This document shows, piece after piece, positions 47,253 to 56,467 of a stretch of DNA of 64,000 nucleotides. Each line of letters begins with the position of its first letter. Position 1 is the first letter of the stretch. The stretch lies in IMG/VR virus record IMGVR_UViG_3300023213_000095. One strand, 5' to 3'. Origin of the DNA: a virus. The translations under genes were made by a program, and so were the position numbers. The notes beneath the pieces are model-generated. The model did not search any database. It had not been told where the DNA came from and was given only the letters and a program-made list of their open reading frames with translations.

Positions 47253-47504
47253 ATGGATCAGATCTCTTACTTCAAACCGCCGAAGATTGAACGGTCATTC
47301 CTATCCTGTATAGGATGTAATGATCCTGTCCAGATCTTCAATTCTCAGAAAGGCCGTATCTTCAGAGGCCTCAAGAGGGTAGAGGAAGTAATTGATGGTC
47401 AGATCTATGTCAAGCACATTCCCATGATCAGGACTGGTAGAGTGTGCAGTAAGTGTCTCAGTAAGGCTGAGATCCTTCCTGATGAGTTCAACAGGAGAGA
47501 CTGA
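47253..47504 (+). CDS. zinc-ribbon protein (CIGC ... CSKC)
   Basis: The start was refined to ATG at 47253 (MDQISYF). An upstream GTG-initiated 33-aa zinc-ribbon peptide (47150..47251, CPNC ... CEHC) is possible. Confidence 0.35.
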   Translation: MDQISYFKPPKIERSFLSCIGCNDPVQIFNSQKGRIFRGLKRVEEVIDGQIYVKHIPMIRTGRVCSKCLSKAEILPDEFNRRD

Positions 47505-47718
47505 TGAGCATCACAATCCTTTTCATCCTGGTGATTATCAAGGCGATCATCGGGAAGGTGTGGCTGAGATGACCAAGATCGTGCAAATGCTCCGGCACTT
47601 TCTCTGTCCACATCTCGCTGAACTGCCTGTACTTGAGAAGGATCGGATCTATCTCAAGTGCTACAACTGCGGGCGGGAGACTGTTGGCTGGAGGATCGGC
47701 AAATGCCAAACCCCCTGA
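47482..47718 (+). CDS. small His/Cys-containing protein
   Basis: It is 78 aa with a CYNCGRET motif. Confidence 0.4.
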   Translation: MSSTGETDEHHNPFHPGDYQGDHREGVAEMTKIVQMLRHFLCPHLAELPVLEKDRIYLKCYNCGRETVGWRIGKCQTP

Positions 47719-48098
47719 TCGGTAAGATCATCACGGCGATCTATCTGACTGAGGACAAGCAGGCCATCAAGTTCGAAGTGGAGGATGTAAATCCTACATT
47801 AATCGTGCTGGTTGAAGGAGACTGCTGCTCCATCAGCTGGGTGGAGAACTTTGAGAATCCAGAAGCGGCGATCGGATCTCCTGTCCTGGAAGCTGTTGAC
47901 ATCGCCATGCCAGATCTTGGTGAGCAGCCTGGCCATGATGTTATGGAGTACTATGGCTTCAAGATCGTGACTGCCAAGGGCCACTGCATCATCGATTACC
48001 GGAATGACTCCAATGGCGATTATGGTGGCAACCTGTGCTGGCAAGGAGTTTTCGGGCCTTACTGGTCGGCTCAGAAATGGGTGAAGGTTGCAGGGTAA
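47703..48098 (+). CDS. hypothetical protein
   Basis: The start was refined to ATG at 47703 (MPNPLIGK). Confidence 0.45.
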   Translation: MPNPLIGKIITAIYLTEDKQAIKFEVEDVNPTLIVLVEGDCCSISWVENFENPEAAIGSPVLEAVDIAMPDLGEQPGHDVMEYYGFKIVTAKGHCIIDYRNDSNGDYGGNLCWQGVFGPYWSAQKWVKVAG

Positions 48099-48099
48099 T

Positions 48100-48231
48100 A
48101 TGCAGGTGAACAACTGCGTCACAGGGCTAGATGGTGCTGTAGCTGCACTATTCGGTGCCGCGATCGGCCTTATGATCGTGGTTACTGCAGTCTTTGGGTT
48201 CATGGTTGTCTGGACCTTATTTGGTGAGTAG
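48100..48231 (+). CDS. small membrane protein (43 aa)
   Basis: ATG lies 1 nt after the previous stop. It has a TM helix (AALFGAAIGLMIVVTAVFGFMVVW). It is not in the track. Confidence 0.35.
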   Translation: MQVNNCVTGLDGAVAALFGAAIGLMIVVTAVFGFMVVWTLFGE

Positions 48232-48234
48232 GTC

Positions 48235-48411
48235 ATGAAGATCTCGGTTAAAGAACCCCCTCGTCCCGCCACCAAAGTCATCATTGAGATGACTGATAAA
48301 GAAGCTGTGGTAGTAGCAGAGTGCTTGAGGGTACTGATACGCGGTAACAGGCTGCACCCGGTAACTAGGGAGCTGGCGGATCGTCTGATTGATCTAACCA
48401 ATGAGTGGTGA
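48235..48411 (+). CDS. small ORF (58 aa)
   Basis: ATG lies 3 nt after the previous stop. It overlaps the next small ORF (48401..48547, 48 aa). Confidence 0.35.
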   Translation: MKISVKEPPRPATKVIIEMTDKEAVVVAECLRVLIRGNRLHPVTRELADRLIDLTNEW

Positions 48412-48630
48412 TCCTGTGGACCCCAAGATCCTGAACACCGGCGATAACAAGTTTGTGGGTGTGCTTCTGTTGCATGAGGGGAAAAAGGCCCCGATCTATT
48501 TCATCCGCAACGGGAAGCATATCCACTTTACATCTGGGACAAACTGAGGTAACTACCGCTACCCCACTTTGTCTTGCAGGCTGGCCCATGTGCATTTCAT
48601 GAGCTGGCCTGCCCGTTTTTGGGAGAACCC

Positions 48631-48840
48631 ATGGCCAGAAAGCGGATCCTACCGCCAGGTCCTGGTAGTCTGACACTAGCTCGGCTTGTGCACGAGCTTA
48701 TGATGGCCATAGTCAAAGACCCTGCTTTGGCCGGGCTGCCAGTGAACATCGAGCATAGGATGTTTGAGGATGACAACCCCGATGGAGTGGGCATCTATCA
48801 TCAGCTAGATCGTGTAGGCCTGTCTTTCTGGAAGGATTGA
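48631..48840 (+). CDS. hypothetical protein
   Basis: The start was refined to ATG at 48631 (MARKRILPP). Confidence 0.4.
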   Translation: MARKRILPPGPGSLTLARLVHELMMAIVKDPALAGLPVNIEHRMFEDDNPDGVGIYHQLDRVGLSFWKD

Positions 48841-48877
48841 CAACCTTCAAAGACATCCAGGAGATCATCAAGGGACT

Positions 48878-49117
48878 ATGAGGTGCATGATCATGCGAAC
48901 TCTAATCCTGAAATTGGAATGTGGAACCATTCTCGGTGCCATCTCTGGACCGGAGAAGGGGGAGGAGCTATCCCCTGAACAGGAAGTTGCATTCTTTGGG
49001 CTGCTGGATCAACATCGAGACAAGTCCACGGTGGTGGAGATCTATGCTGCTGATGGTCAGCTGGACTCCCGCTGGACTCGAAAATCCACTAAGAAGTCTA
49101 TTCTGCCCAGTTGCTAA
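48878..49117 (+). CDS. hypothetical protein
   Basis: It is 79 aa. Confidence 0.4.
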   Translation: MRCMIMRTLILKLECGTILGAISGPEKGEELSPEQEVAFFGLLDQHRDKSTVVEIYAADGQLDSRWTRKSTKKSILPSC

Positions 49118-49346
49118 GGTTGTCGCTTTCGGGCAGCAGTCGATGGGAAACACGGGAAGGTATTCATCTCCCTACCCGTATGGCCTCTCCAGCCCCCCGA
49201 CTGCTGCCCCAAGGTGATAACTATGAAACCCATCGGCATCGCCAAGCTTGCTCATGCTTCAATCATCAGCCTCAAGATGGGCAACGCCACTGCAGCATAC
49301 CTATATGCCAGGATGGCGGCCCGTGAGGCTTTGAAGGAGGAACGCG

Positions 49347-49592
49347 GTGGTTGTAACCCTCACAGTGAAAGACAGCAGCGGAAAGATCCTGCTGAACCGG
49401 CCTGTCCAGTTCTATCGCTGGCATCTGACTAGTTTCATTTGCCACATTGATGAGTTCTGCTGGGAGTACAATGGCCGCAAAGCCAAAGGTCAAGATCAAG
49501 CCAAACTTGACACTGCTGCTCCACCTGCAGTGCAGGCCGGAGCTGTTCAGGCACCGGGCTGGCGGTCAATCCTGATGAGGTTGTTCCAGTGA
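49347..49592 (+). CDS. hypothetical protein
   Basis: GTG start is preceded by AAGGAGG plus a 6 nt spacer. The stop overlaps the next ATG. Confidence 0.4.
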   Translation: MVVTLTVKDSSGKILLNRPVQFYRWHLTSFICHIDEFCWEYNGRKAKGQDQAKLDTAAPPAVQAGAVQAPGWRSILMRLFQ

Positions 49593-50134
49593 ACCTTGAC
49601 TTCATGTCCAAGATCAAGGCCGAACCGGACTGGTTCTTCAAAATGTTGGTGGATTCTGATGAACACTGCCTGTCCAGTAGACAGGAGTTCCCGTATATTT
49701 GCTATGACAGTGAATCCTTCCTAAAGATCATCAAGCCTCACATGAAGAGAGCAAAGACCTTCATTGATGTGGGCTGTGGCGGCGGCGACAAGCTGGCTCT
49801 GGTCAAACAGAAATGGCCCAAGGTTGAAGTATTTGGTATAGAGCATACACCAATGACGGCAATCTGGGCTGGCCTGCATGGCAAGGTGTTCTGCCAGGAT
49901 GCCCTGAAAGTAGACTACAGTCCCTATGATGTGATCTATGCCTACTGGCCGATTTGTAACATCGAAAAAATGGATCTTCTCTGTCAGAGGATTAGAGCCA
50001 CCAAGAAGTGCAAGGCCGTGTTTGTGTTGGTGGGTTGTGGGAGGATTACGGAGGGAAAAACGGGTTACCCTGTATCATTGCAGTCCTGTGTCTCGGCTAG
50101 ATGGAAGTGGCAGGAAGGCTGCTGGATCAGATGA
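49589..50134 (+). CDS. class I SAM-dependent methyltransferase (substrate unknown)
   Basis: Motif I is FIDVGCGGGD. A post-I acidic residue follows (FGIEH). It has a Rossmann-fold layout and no DPPY/NPPY or PCQ motif. Confidence 0.65.
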   Translation: MNLDFMSKIKAEPDWFFKMLVDSDEHCLSSRQEFPYICYDSESFLKIIKPHMKRAKTFIDVGCGGGDKLALVKQKWPKVEVFGIEHTPMTAIWAGLHGKVFCQDALKVDYSPYDVIYAYWPICNIEKMDLLCQRIRATKKCKAVFVLVGCGRITEGKTGYPVSLQSCVSARWKWQEGCWIR

Positions 50135-50313
50135 CCAAGGACTTCGAGATCAAGCTCCTTGACCGGCTGATAGCCCGTCACAAGGGTAACAGCTATATCG
50201 GGGATTTCCTGGCTGCAAACCGGGAGAAGATCGTCTACGCCATCAGGCAAGATCTGCCTATCGATGCTGTGATAGGCTTCGAGCATGTCTACGAGAGGGA
50301 GCAGGGACGATGA
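50101..50313 (+). CDS. hypothetical protein
   Basis: It is 70 aa. Confidence 0.35.
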   Translation: MEVAGRLLDQMTKDFEIKLLDRLIARHKGNSYIGDFLAANREKIVYAIRQDLPIDAVIGFEHVYEREQGR

Positions 50314-50627
50314 TCACAGTCAAAGATGTTGTTGAAGCTCTGCTGAAGGTCCCCCAGGACATGGAGATCATGCTGGCTGGTCCCAGCGGAGTTGGAAGTA
50401 TGGGCTGGGCCTATCACCTCAACTTCGAGCTGCGCCAGGGCTTCGGTAACAAGTATTATGTGCTCTCTGGCAGACCGACGCTGCCGGGAAAGGAGGTTTT
50501 CAGTGACACATCAGGAAGCAGAACAGATCAAGGAAGCGCTGGAGGTTGTGCTATCGGTTCGCACAGGACTGAAAAAGGCGCCCCTGTGCTCAGCGGCCTT
50601 GGCACACGCCGGTCAGATTCTGACTGA
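50310..50627 (+). CDS. hypothetical protein
   Basis: It is 105 aa. It overlaps the alternative ORF 50392..50721. Confidence 0.35.
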   Translation: MITVKDVVEALLKVPQDMEIMLAGPSGVGSMGWAYHLNFELRQGFGNKYYVLSGRPTLPGKEVFSDTSGSRTDQGSAGGCAIGSHRTEKGAPVLSGLGTRRSDSD

Positions 50628-50647
50628 GCTGTTGGAAGAGGGAGTAG

Positions 50648-51019
50648 ATGATGCGGGAGTCCTGCCTGATATCGGGCTTGGTGCTGATCCTATCGACCCA
50701 GGCTTCGATATCGAAGCCTAATCCTCCAATCACCTTGAAGGTTGCCCCAAGCATCTGCCTGCAGCCGTGTTCTATCAAGACTGTGCTGCATGTGGAACCT
50801 AATGAGCACAATCGAATGGTGAGCCTGGATCTGTGGTCTGAGGACTTCGAGCGCCACACCATGTTCGAGACTCAGCATCAGCCCCCAACTATTGAGATCT
50901 GGTACAAGACCATACCGGTTGGGGATTACTATATTACTGCTACGCTCATCGACGATGCGAGTGAGGTAGTAAAGGTAGTCAGTGCTCATGTGATTGCAAA
51001 GGGGCTTGTGCAGCCATGA
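50648..51019 (+). CDS. membrane or secreted hypothetical protein
   Basis: It has a hydrophobic N-terminus (LISGLVLILSTQA). Confidence 0.45.
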   Translation: MMRESCLISGLVLILSTQASISKPNPPITLKVAPSICLQPCSIKTVLHVEPNEHNRMVSLDLWSEDFERHTMFETQHQPPTIEIWYKTIPVGDYYITATLIDDASEVVKVVSAHVIAKGLVQP

Positions 51020-51043
51020 ACAACCGGAGGTAGAAGTAAGCTA

Positions 51044-51331
51044 ATGGCCAACTGGCTTCTCGCAGGTTTCATCGCAGCCATGAGTGCCGACGCTGGCACC
51101 ACCCATTATGGCCTGGCCAAGTATGGCTGCTGTGAGGTAGTGCTTCCTACCCAGAATCCCTGGGTGGTTGATGGCATCGAGGCAGGCGAGATCACCGCTG
51201 GCATTTGGGCCTTCAAAAGGCTCTACAAACACAACCGCAAGATGGCCGTGATCTTGTTGGTGGGGGCTACGATTGCACATAGTGCTGCAACTGTCAACAA
51301 TGTGTATCAGCTGCAACATGTGGTGAGATAA
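51044..51331 (+). CDS. membrane protein
   Basis: It is 95 aa with 2-3 TM helices. Confidence 0.45.
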   Translation: MANWLLAGFIAAMSADAGTTHYGLAKYGCCEVVLPTQNPWVVDGIEAGEITAGIWAFKRLYKHNRKMAVILLVGATIAHSAATVNNVYQLQHVVR

Positions 51332-51335
51332 GACG

Positions 51336-51533
51336 ATGCAACCCAAAGATAAGGAGCAATGGGCTAGAAAGGTCCTCGGGGATCGAGTACAAGCAGATAA
51401 CAGTCTACAACACTACGATGAATACCTTGAATGGGTCCCCATGCTCCAGCTTACAGCTTGTTTGGATGGGTACTTCACTGCTGAGCAATTGGAAGCAATC
51501 GCGTGGTGGATGAGGAACAAGGGGGTCGAATAA
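51336..51533 (+). CDS. hypothetical protein
   Basis: It is 65 aa. Confidence 0.4.
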   Translation: MQPKDKEQWARKVLGDRVQADNSLQHYDEYLEWVPMLQLTACLDGYFTAEQLEAIAWWMRNKGVE

Positions 51534-51958
51534 TACCCAATCGTAGATACATTCGTGTCCTTGATAGTAATGGGTGGTGGACTGGCGACTGGGATGTAGT
51601 TCATGACGAGGGCGGCACCAGATACATTTGCAGACCCAACAAGGAGAAGCCCGTGGGTGACAAAACTTTGACCGTGACCGAAAGCCGGGTGCAGGAGGCT
51701 GCAAGATCGTGCCCGGACGCAAGGGTGATTCTGCAAACTCTGTTCCCGGAGTCCTTCAAGCCCAAGAATGACCGGGTGGAGTTCGTAGCTGATGATCGTT
51801 TCATCCGTTCCGTGGATGGAACAATCATGGCACAAATCAGACCTTGCGGTAATGAGTTGTATTATCACCGCAGCATCTGGCTGAGCTCCAGTTACAACTG
51901 GAGCTTCGAGATTGACAACACTGGGGCCAGGGTCCTGGTGGCAAGGCCCAAGAAATGA
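51503..51958 (+). CDS. hypothetical protein
   Basis: It is 151 aa. The start is uncertain. Confidence 0.4.
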   Translation: MVDEEQGGRIIPNRRYIRVLDSNGWWTGDWDVVHDEGGTRYICRPNKEKPVGDKTLTVTESRVQEAARSCPDARVILQTLFPESFKPKNDRVEFVADDRFIRSVDGTIMAQIRPCGNELYYHRSIWLSSSYNWSFEIDNTGARVLVARPKK

Positions 51959-52330
51959 GACGCCGAGAACGCCGCATCCGCAAAGAGCTGAAGCACATCG
52001 GCACACCTGACTTCGGTCATGGGTGGGCTGCCAGGCAGGCTTCGAAGCGTCACAACACTGGCAAGCGTCTGAGCCAGAGAGTCATCAACAAGCGGATGAG
52101 GGCGAGGTCATAGGTGGCTAACGTCTACTCTCGCTGTGGCAAATGTCTGGGGAACATGTGGCCACCGGGCCAGATGGAGCACACCCACATCGATCGCAAG
52201 GTGTTGAAGCTGAAGTATCGCACCAGGCCACGGTGCAGGAGCGTGCCGTCAGCACCAAGGACCAATCCGGCCAGCAAGCCGGGTGTGAGCATCAGACCAA
52301 GACGTAGAGCATACGGACCGTTTTAGGAGG

Positions 52331-53578
52331 TTGTTGGAGATGGCTATTGACAAAGTCAAGAAACCGGGCTTGATCATCTGCCCGAGCAGTAAAGAGCTGT
52401 ATCTGGGCTGCGACCCGGAGATGTTCTTTGAGAAGGGTGGTCAGATCATCGGTTCAGAGCGGGTTCTGGATGGGATGCAGAAGAGCTGCGAGGAGTCTGA
52501 CTATCTGAACTACGTGGTAATAGATGGAGTCCAGCTCGAACTGAATCCCCCAGCCAGCTACTGCCGCGAGGTTCTAGGGTCTGTGATCGCCGACACCTTT
52601 GCTGCGCTGGTAGAACGTCTGGAGCTATTTGATGGTGTCTCGCTCAACTTCGAGGGCGTGGTCCATGTGCCCCTGGCTGAGCTGGAGTCACTGTCACCGA
52701 GGGCCAGAGAGCTTGGCTGCCAGCCGAGCTTCAACATCTACAAGCCGAAGGCTGCAGTGGATGTTAAGGTGGCTAGGAACATGAGATCGGCCGCCGGACA
52801 TATCCATTTAGGGTTTACCAACTCTATTTTCAATCCCGGTGTCACACCCCATGACCATCGGCCCAGGCTGGTGCCGATCCTCGATGTGGTTCTGGGCAAC
52901 ACCTGTGTGCTGTTGGATCGCAATCCACTGGCAGCACGGCGCCGGGAAGTCTACGGGCGGGCTGGAGAGTTCAGGCTTCCTAAATATGGGCTGGAATATC
53001 GGACGCTGAGCAACTTCTGGCTCCGTAGTTATCAGTTGTTCTCGCTGGTAATGGGACTGGCCCGGATGAGTGTGGGCATCTTACAGACCACCCTGGAAAC
53101 CAAGCTGGACTTGGAGAAGGAACTGCTTACGGCTGTTGATCTTGAGCTGGTCGAGCGGGCCATTAATACCAACAACATCCACCTTGCCAAGATGACCTAC
53201 AAGATCTTCAGGGAGTTTGTGGCGAAGCGGACTGAGGCATATGGAGCAGCCGGCTTCTTTGGTATTGATGTGGGCTCCCTGGATGCCTTCGAATACTTCC
53301 TAGAGAAGGTTGAGAAGCACGGGTTAGAGCACTGGTTCCCAGAAGATCCGGTGAGCCACTGGTACAAACGCAGCCATGTATTCCATAGTGAGCGTCTTCG
53401 GGAGCGAGGTGTTATTGAAGCACGCGGTGGGGGATACTTCTGGGGAAGGACTCATTGGATCGGCGCCGAAAGGTTCCTTGCTGAGGATATCCCGGCCCTG
53501 TGGGCCAAACAGGAGGAGTACGGGGCTTACGACATCACGGAGTTGCACAGGGAACCGGCTGATGGTCCAACCCTGTGA
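52331..53578 (+). CDS. putative glutamine-synthetase-fold carboxylate-amine ligase (GCS2/amidoligase-like), divergent
   Basis: It is 415 aa. An N-terminal strand LYLGCDPEMFF resembles the GxExE nucleotide/metal strand of the GCS2/amidoligase families. A G-H-x-H motif (AAGHIHLGF) parallels the CGLHVHMSF of the neighbouring amidoligase. The assignment is inferred. Confidence 0.4.
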   Translation: MLEMAIDKVKKPGLIICPSSKELYLGCDPEMFFEKGGQIIGSERVLDGMQKSCEESDYLNYVVIDGVQLELNPPASYCREVLGSVIADTFAALVERLELFDGVSLNFEGVVHVPLAELESLSPRARELGCQPSFNIYKPKAAVDVKVARNMRSAAGHIHLGFTNSIFNPGVTPHDHRPRLVPILDVVLGNTCVLLDRNPLAARRREVYGRAGEFRLPKYGLEYRTLSNFWLRSYQLFSLVMGLARMSVGILQTTLETKLDLEKELLTAVDLELVERAINTNNIHLAKMTYKIFREFVAKRTEAYGAAGFFGIDVGSLDAFEYFLEKVEKHGLEHWFPEDPVSHWYKRSHVFHSERLRERGVIEARGGGYFWGRTHWIGAERFLAEDIPALWAKQEEYGAYDITELHREPADGPTL

Positions 53579-53607
53579 AATGTTAACCACCATCCATAGG
53601 AGGACCG

Positions 53608-53820
53608 ATGAGTTCAGTCTACGTGTATCTTTCAATAGCAATCTTTGCAGCACTCGCCACCGACCGGTTGTTCGGGATCGCCATCACCTACGGCATCGCA
53701 CGGTGGCGCTATCAGGAGGAAGCCAAGTTCCTGAAGGAACTCGTGGCAATGCGGGCAGAGGACGCTCAGATCGCAGCGGCGGAAGATCGGCTCGTCGACG
53801 GCAATGTTCTACCCAACTAA
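53608..53820 (+). CDS. small membrane protein
   Basis: It has a TM helix (VYVYLSIAIFAALA). Confidence 0.45.
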   Translation: MSSVYVYLSIAIFAALATDRLFGIAITYGIARWRYQEEAKFLKELVAMRAEDAQIAAAEDRLVDGNVLPN

Positions 53821-53854
53821 TGCACAGAAAGCACTGTGGAGGAGATTGGGAATC

Positions 53855-54406
53855 ATGCAGGGACCAGTTGAGGCAGTCATCGAGAAGGGTGCAGTGAAGC
53901 GCATCCAGATAGGGCTGTATCGGACGTTCAAGGGGATACAGCTATCTGTCAAAGTCTCCCCGGAAGTCGAGGAGTTTGCTCGCACCATCAGTGATGGACA
54001 GATCGTGAACGTCAAGATGGTAGGGCGTCACTGGCGGACTGCTGAGGATGCTAAGCCCCTGCAGTTCTACAACCTGGCGGAGGAGTACAGCAGGACCCTG
54101 GTAAATGAGCCACTAGGCTACAGGCTCGATGCCATCGGCCAGCCACTCTTTGATCCAGAGTCGGGTGCCATCAATCTCAGCTTCCTGCGACTGGTGGGTA
54201 TCAGTGAGGGGGCGGGGGTCACATTTACCATCCGGCAGGTTTCGAGCCTGGATGGGTTGCGACAGATGCGGGATGCACTGGGCAAAGCGGGGACGAAGTT
54301 CTATCGAGATCTCATTCGCCCGGTTGACTTGCCGATCAGCATCTCAACACAGGAGATCTTCCCGGCGGTCGGTCAACACCAGCTCAGTAATATCTTCGGG
54401 AGGTAG
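53855..54406 (+). CDS. hypothetical protein
   Basis: The start was refined to ATG at 53855 (MQGPVEAV), with GGAGA upstream. Confidence 0.45.
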   Translation: MQGPVEAVIEKGAVKRIQIGLYRTFKGIQLSVKVSPEVEEFARTISDGQIVNVKMVGRHWRTAEDAKPLQFYNLAEEYSRTLVNEPLGYRLDAIGQPLFDPESGAINLSFLRLVGISEGAGVTFTIRQVSSLDGLRQMRDALGKAGTKFYRDLIRPVDLPISISTQEIFPAVGQHQLSNIFGR

Positions 54407-54407
54407 T

Positions 54408-55229
54408 GTGGACGCCCTAGACCTTGACAACCTGCTCAAACAGCGGCTCAAGAATCACTTGTACAGGGTGGGGATTGAGCTTGAAGGGAGATGGAAGAAG
54501 CTGCCGGCTGGCACACGGCTTGAGCATGATGGTAGTGTAAAGTTCGTGAAGCCTCCAGCCAAGCCCAATCCTCACGATTATCCGACAAGGCAGCACTACC
54601 AGGCGGCTGTGCGGCGGTATGAGAGTGCTGCAGTGTTTCCTCAGTTCATGACTGAGGCTGAGGGTGTTGGTGAGCTGGTGAGCACACCCCTACCACCCGA
54701 CAAGGTGGCTGAGTGGATCAAACAGAGCTACCCGGATGAGGTCAATGCCTCCTGCGGGCTGCATGTCCACATGAGCTTCCTGTCGCTACGGTTCTACTCT
54801 CAGTTGATGACCAAGGAGTTCCAAGGCACGGTTGTCAAGTATCTGAAGGCCTGGGGCGGTGAGGAGGAGTTGCCCAAGGATCATCCCCTATTTGCCAGGC
54901 TTGAGCCTGGAGGCAATGAGTACTGCACTCATAATTTCTGGCCTGATCAACAGGCTGCAAAAAGTGGTCACAAGGACTACGATCGGGCCAAACCGGGGAA
55001 TCGCTATACTGGGGTGGCCTATCCATTCCAGATGCACGAAACCATCGAGTGTCGGTTTCTGCCAATGTTCGAGTCGGCTAACCGCTCCATCAGGGCAGTG
55101 CAGCGGGTAATGGACATCACGAACGCATCGCTGTTCAAGCTGGCGGGGAAGAAGGAGAAGCGGGATAAAGTAGAAATCATCGAGTCGCACGCTGCAATCG
55201 TGGAGTTGTGGGAAAAGTACGTAGACTAG
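54408..55229 (+). CDS. Amidoligase_2-family enzyme (glutamine-synthetase-fold COOH-NH2 ligase)
   Basis: GTG start at 54408 lies 4 nt after GGGAGG. The motifs YRVGIELEGRW (GxExE) and CGLHVHMSF (HVH) are typical of PF12224. Confidence 0.6.
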   Translation: MDALDLDNLLKQRLKNHLYRVGIELEGRWKKLPAGTRLEHDGSVKFVKPPAKPNPHDYPTRQHYQAAVRRYESAAVFPQFMTEAEGVGELVSTPLPPDKVAEWIKQSYPDEVNASCGLHVHMSFLSLRFYSQLMTKEFQGTVVKYLKAWGGEEELPKDHPLFARLEPGGNEYCTHNFWPDQQAAKSGHKDYDRAKPGNRYTGVAYPFQMHETIECRFLPMFESANRSIRAVQRVMDITNASLFKLAGKKEKRDKVEIIESHAAIVELWEKYVD

Positions 55230-55239
55230 GAGGTGAGGT

Positions 55240-56301
55240 TTGTGTGTCATTATGATCGCTGAGAAGCAGCGGCCAACATCTTTGATGGTGGCAGATGCTT
55301 ACCACCAGAACCCTGAAGGTTTTGGTATTGCCTACCGTGATGGGGAAGGCAAGGAGAAAGTCGTTCGGTGGAAGAAGGGCCTGTTCAAGTTGGAGGAGGC
55401 ACAGGAACTTTGTGCCGACACCCCATTGCCCTACATTGCCCACTTCAGGGTGGCATCAGTAGGTGGGGTCAAGGCTGGGCTCTGTCACCCATTTCCTGTC
55501 GAGGTAGATGTACCCCTTCGGGAGGAAGGTTACACCAAGGGATACGTCTTGTTCCACAACGGTCACTGGGCCAATTGGGACAAGTCCCTGTTGGAGGCAA
55601 CCTACCGGGGACAGGGGAAGAAAATCCCAGCGGGCCGGTGGAGTGATTCCAGAGCAATGGCCTGGATGGCTGCCCAGTATGGCCTGGGCATCTTGGAGTT
55701 CATCGGGGAGAAGTGCATCGCTTTCTCACCGGACTCCTACGAGATCGTGGCGGGCACTGGGTGGTCACTGGTGAACGACATCTGGTGCAGTAACAATTTT
55801 TTCGTCCAGCGGTGGCAGAGGACTACAAAGGATGTGACAATCCTCGATGGGGAGAAGAGTGGTCACTCTACTGCGGGTAAAACGGACGAGCCCAAGCGGG
55901 GCCATGTCACGACCCTCAGAGGCTATGCGGCTGGTATGTGCCGCTATGGCTCCTGCACCGCTAAGAAGGATCTGGATGCGAGCGGGTTCTGTCCCAAACA
56001 TCTAAGAGAAAGTCGCGATGGGCGCCGGGTCGTTGAGCTAAGGAGCCAGTCCGGTGGTACTGGTGCCATCGTCCCTTTCGACCAGGCCGTCAAGATGTTT
56101 CGGGAGGGGAAGATCTCGAAAGAAATGGTATCGAACAACAAATGGAAGCAGCTTCGGAGGGAGATGGGCAAGCAGGTGGATCAGGAGTTCAAGACGGCAC
56201 TGAAACAGGAAGCAGCAGAAGCAGCGGCTCATCGGGCAAGGATCGCCAAGCTGGCAGAGGAGTTGACCTCGGAGGTTCCGCCAGTGTTGGTGAAGCACTA
56301 A
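55240..56301 (+). CDS. class-II (Ntn) glutamine amidotransferase-like protein with a Lys/Glu-rich C-terminal tail
   Basis: The N-terminal Met-Cys (MCVIMIAEK) would give an N-terminal nucleophile Cys. The motifs HFRVASVG and HNGHW are present. The helical K/E-rich C-terminus is about 100 aa. Confidence 0.6.
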   Translation: MCVIMIAEKQRPTSLMVADAYHQNPEGFGIAYRDGEGKEKVVRWKKGLFKLEEAQELCADTPLPYIAHFRVASVGGVKAGLCHPFPVEVDVPLREEGYTKGYVLFHNGHWANWDKSLLEATYRGQGKKIPAGRWSDSRAMAWMAAQYGLGILEFIGEKCIAFSPDSYEIVAGTGWSLVNDIWCSNNFFVQRWQRTTKDVTILDGEKSGHSTAGKTDEPKRGHVTTLRGYAAGMCRYGSCTAKKDLDASGFCPKHLRESRDGRRVVELRSQSGGTGAIVPFDQAVKMFREGKISKEMVSNNKWKQLRREMGKQVDQEFKTALKQEAAEAAAHRARIAKLAEELTSEVPPVLVKH

Positions 56302-56467
56302 GGGACAACGGTCACTCCAGTACGGTCAGGAACCTAATGGAGTGGGTTCGCAGCAAGAACCCCAGCAGGTATAAGGGGAACCGGGCAGTTCAGACCGATG
56401 AAGAGCTTGAGCGGGAGCGGCGACTTGAAGCTGCCCGCCAGGGCATTATCATTGTAGGGAGGATGTA

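Noticed and set aside
47799-48676. Minus-strand ORFs 47799..48401 and 48365..48676
   Set aside because: They are antisense to a continuous series of coupled plus-strand genes with good start contexts. They are likely spurious.
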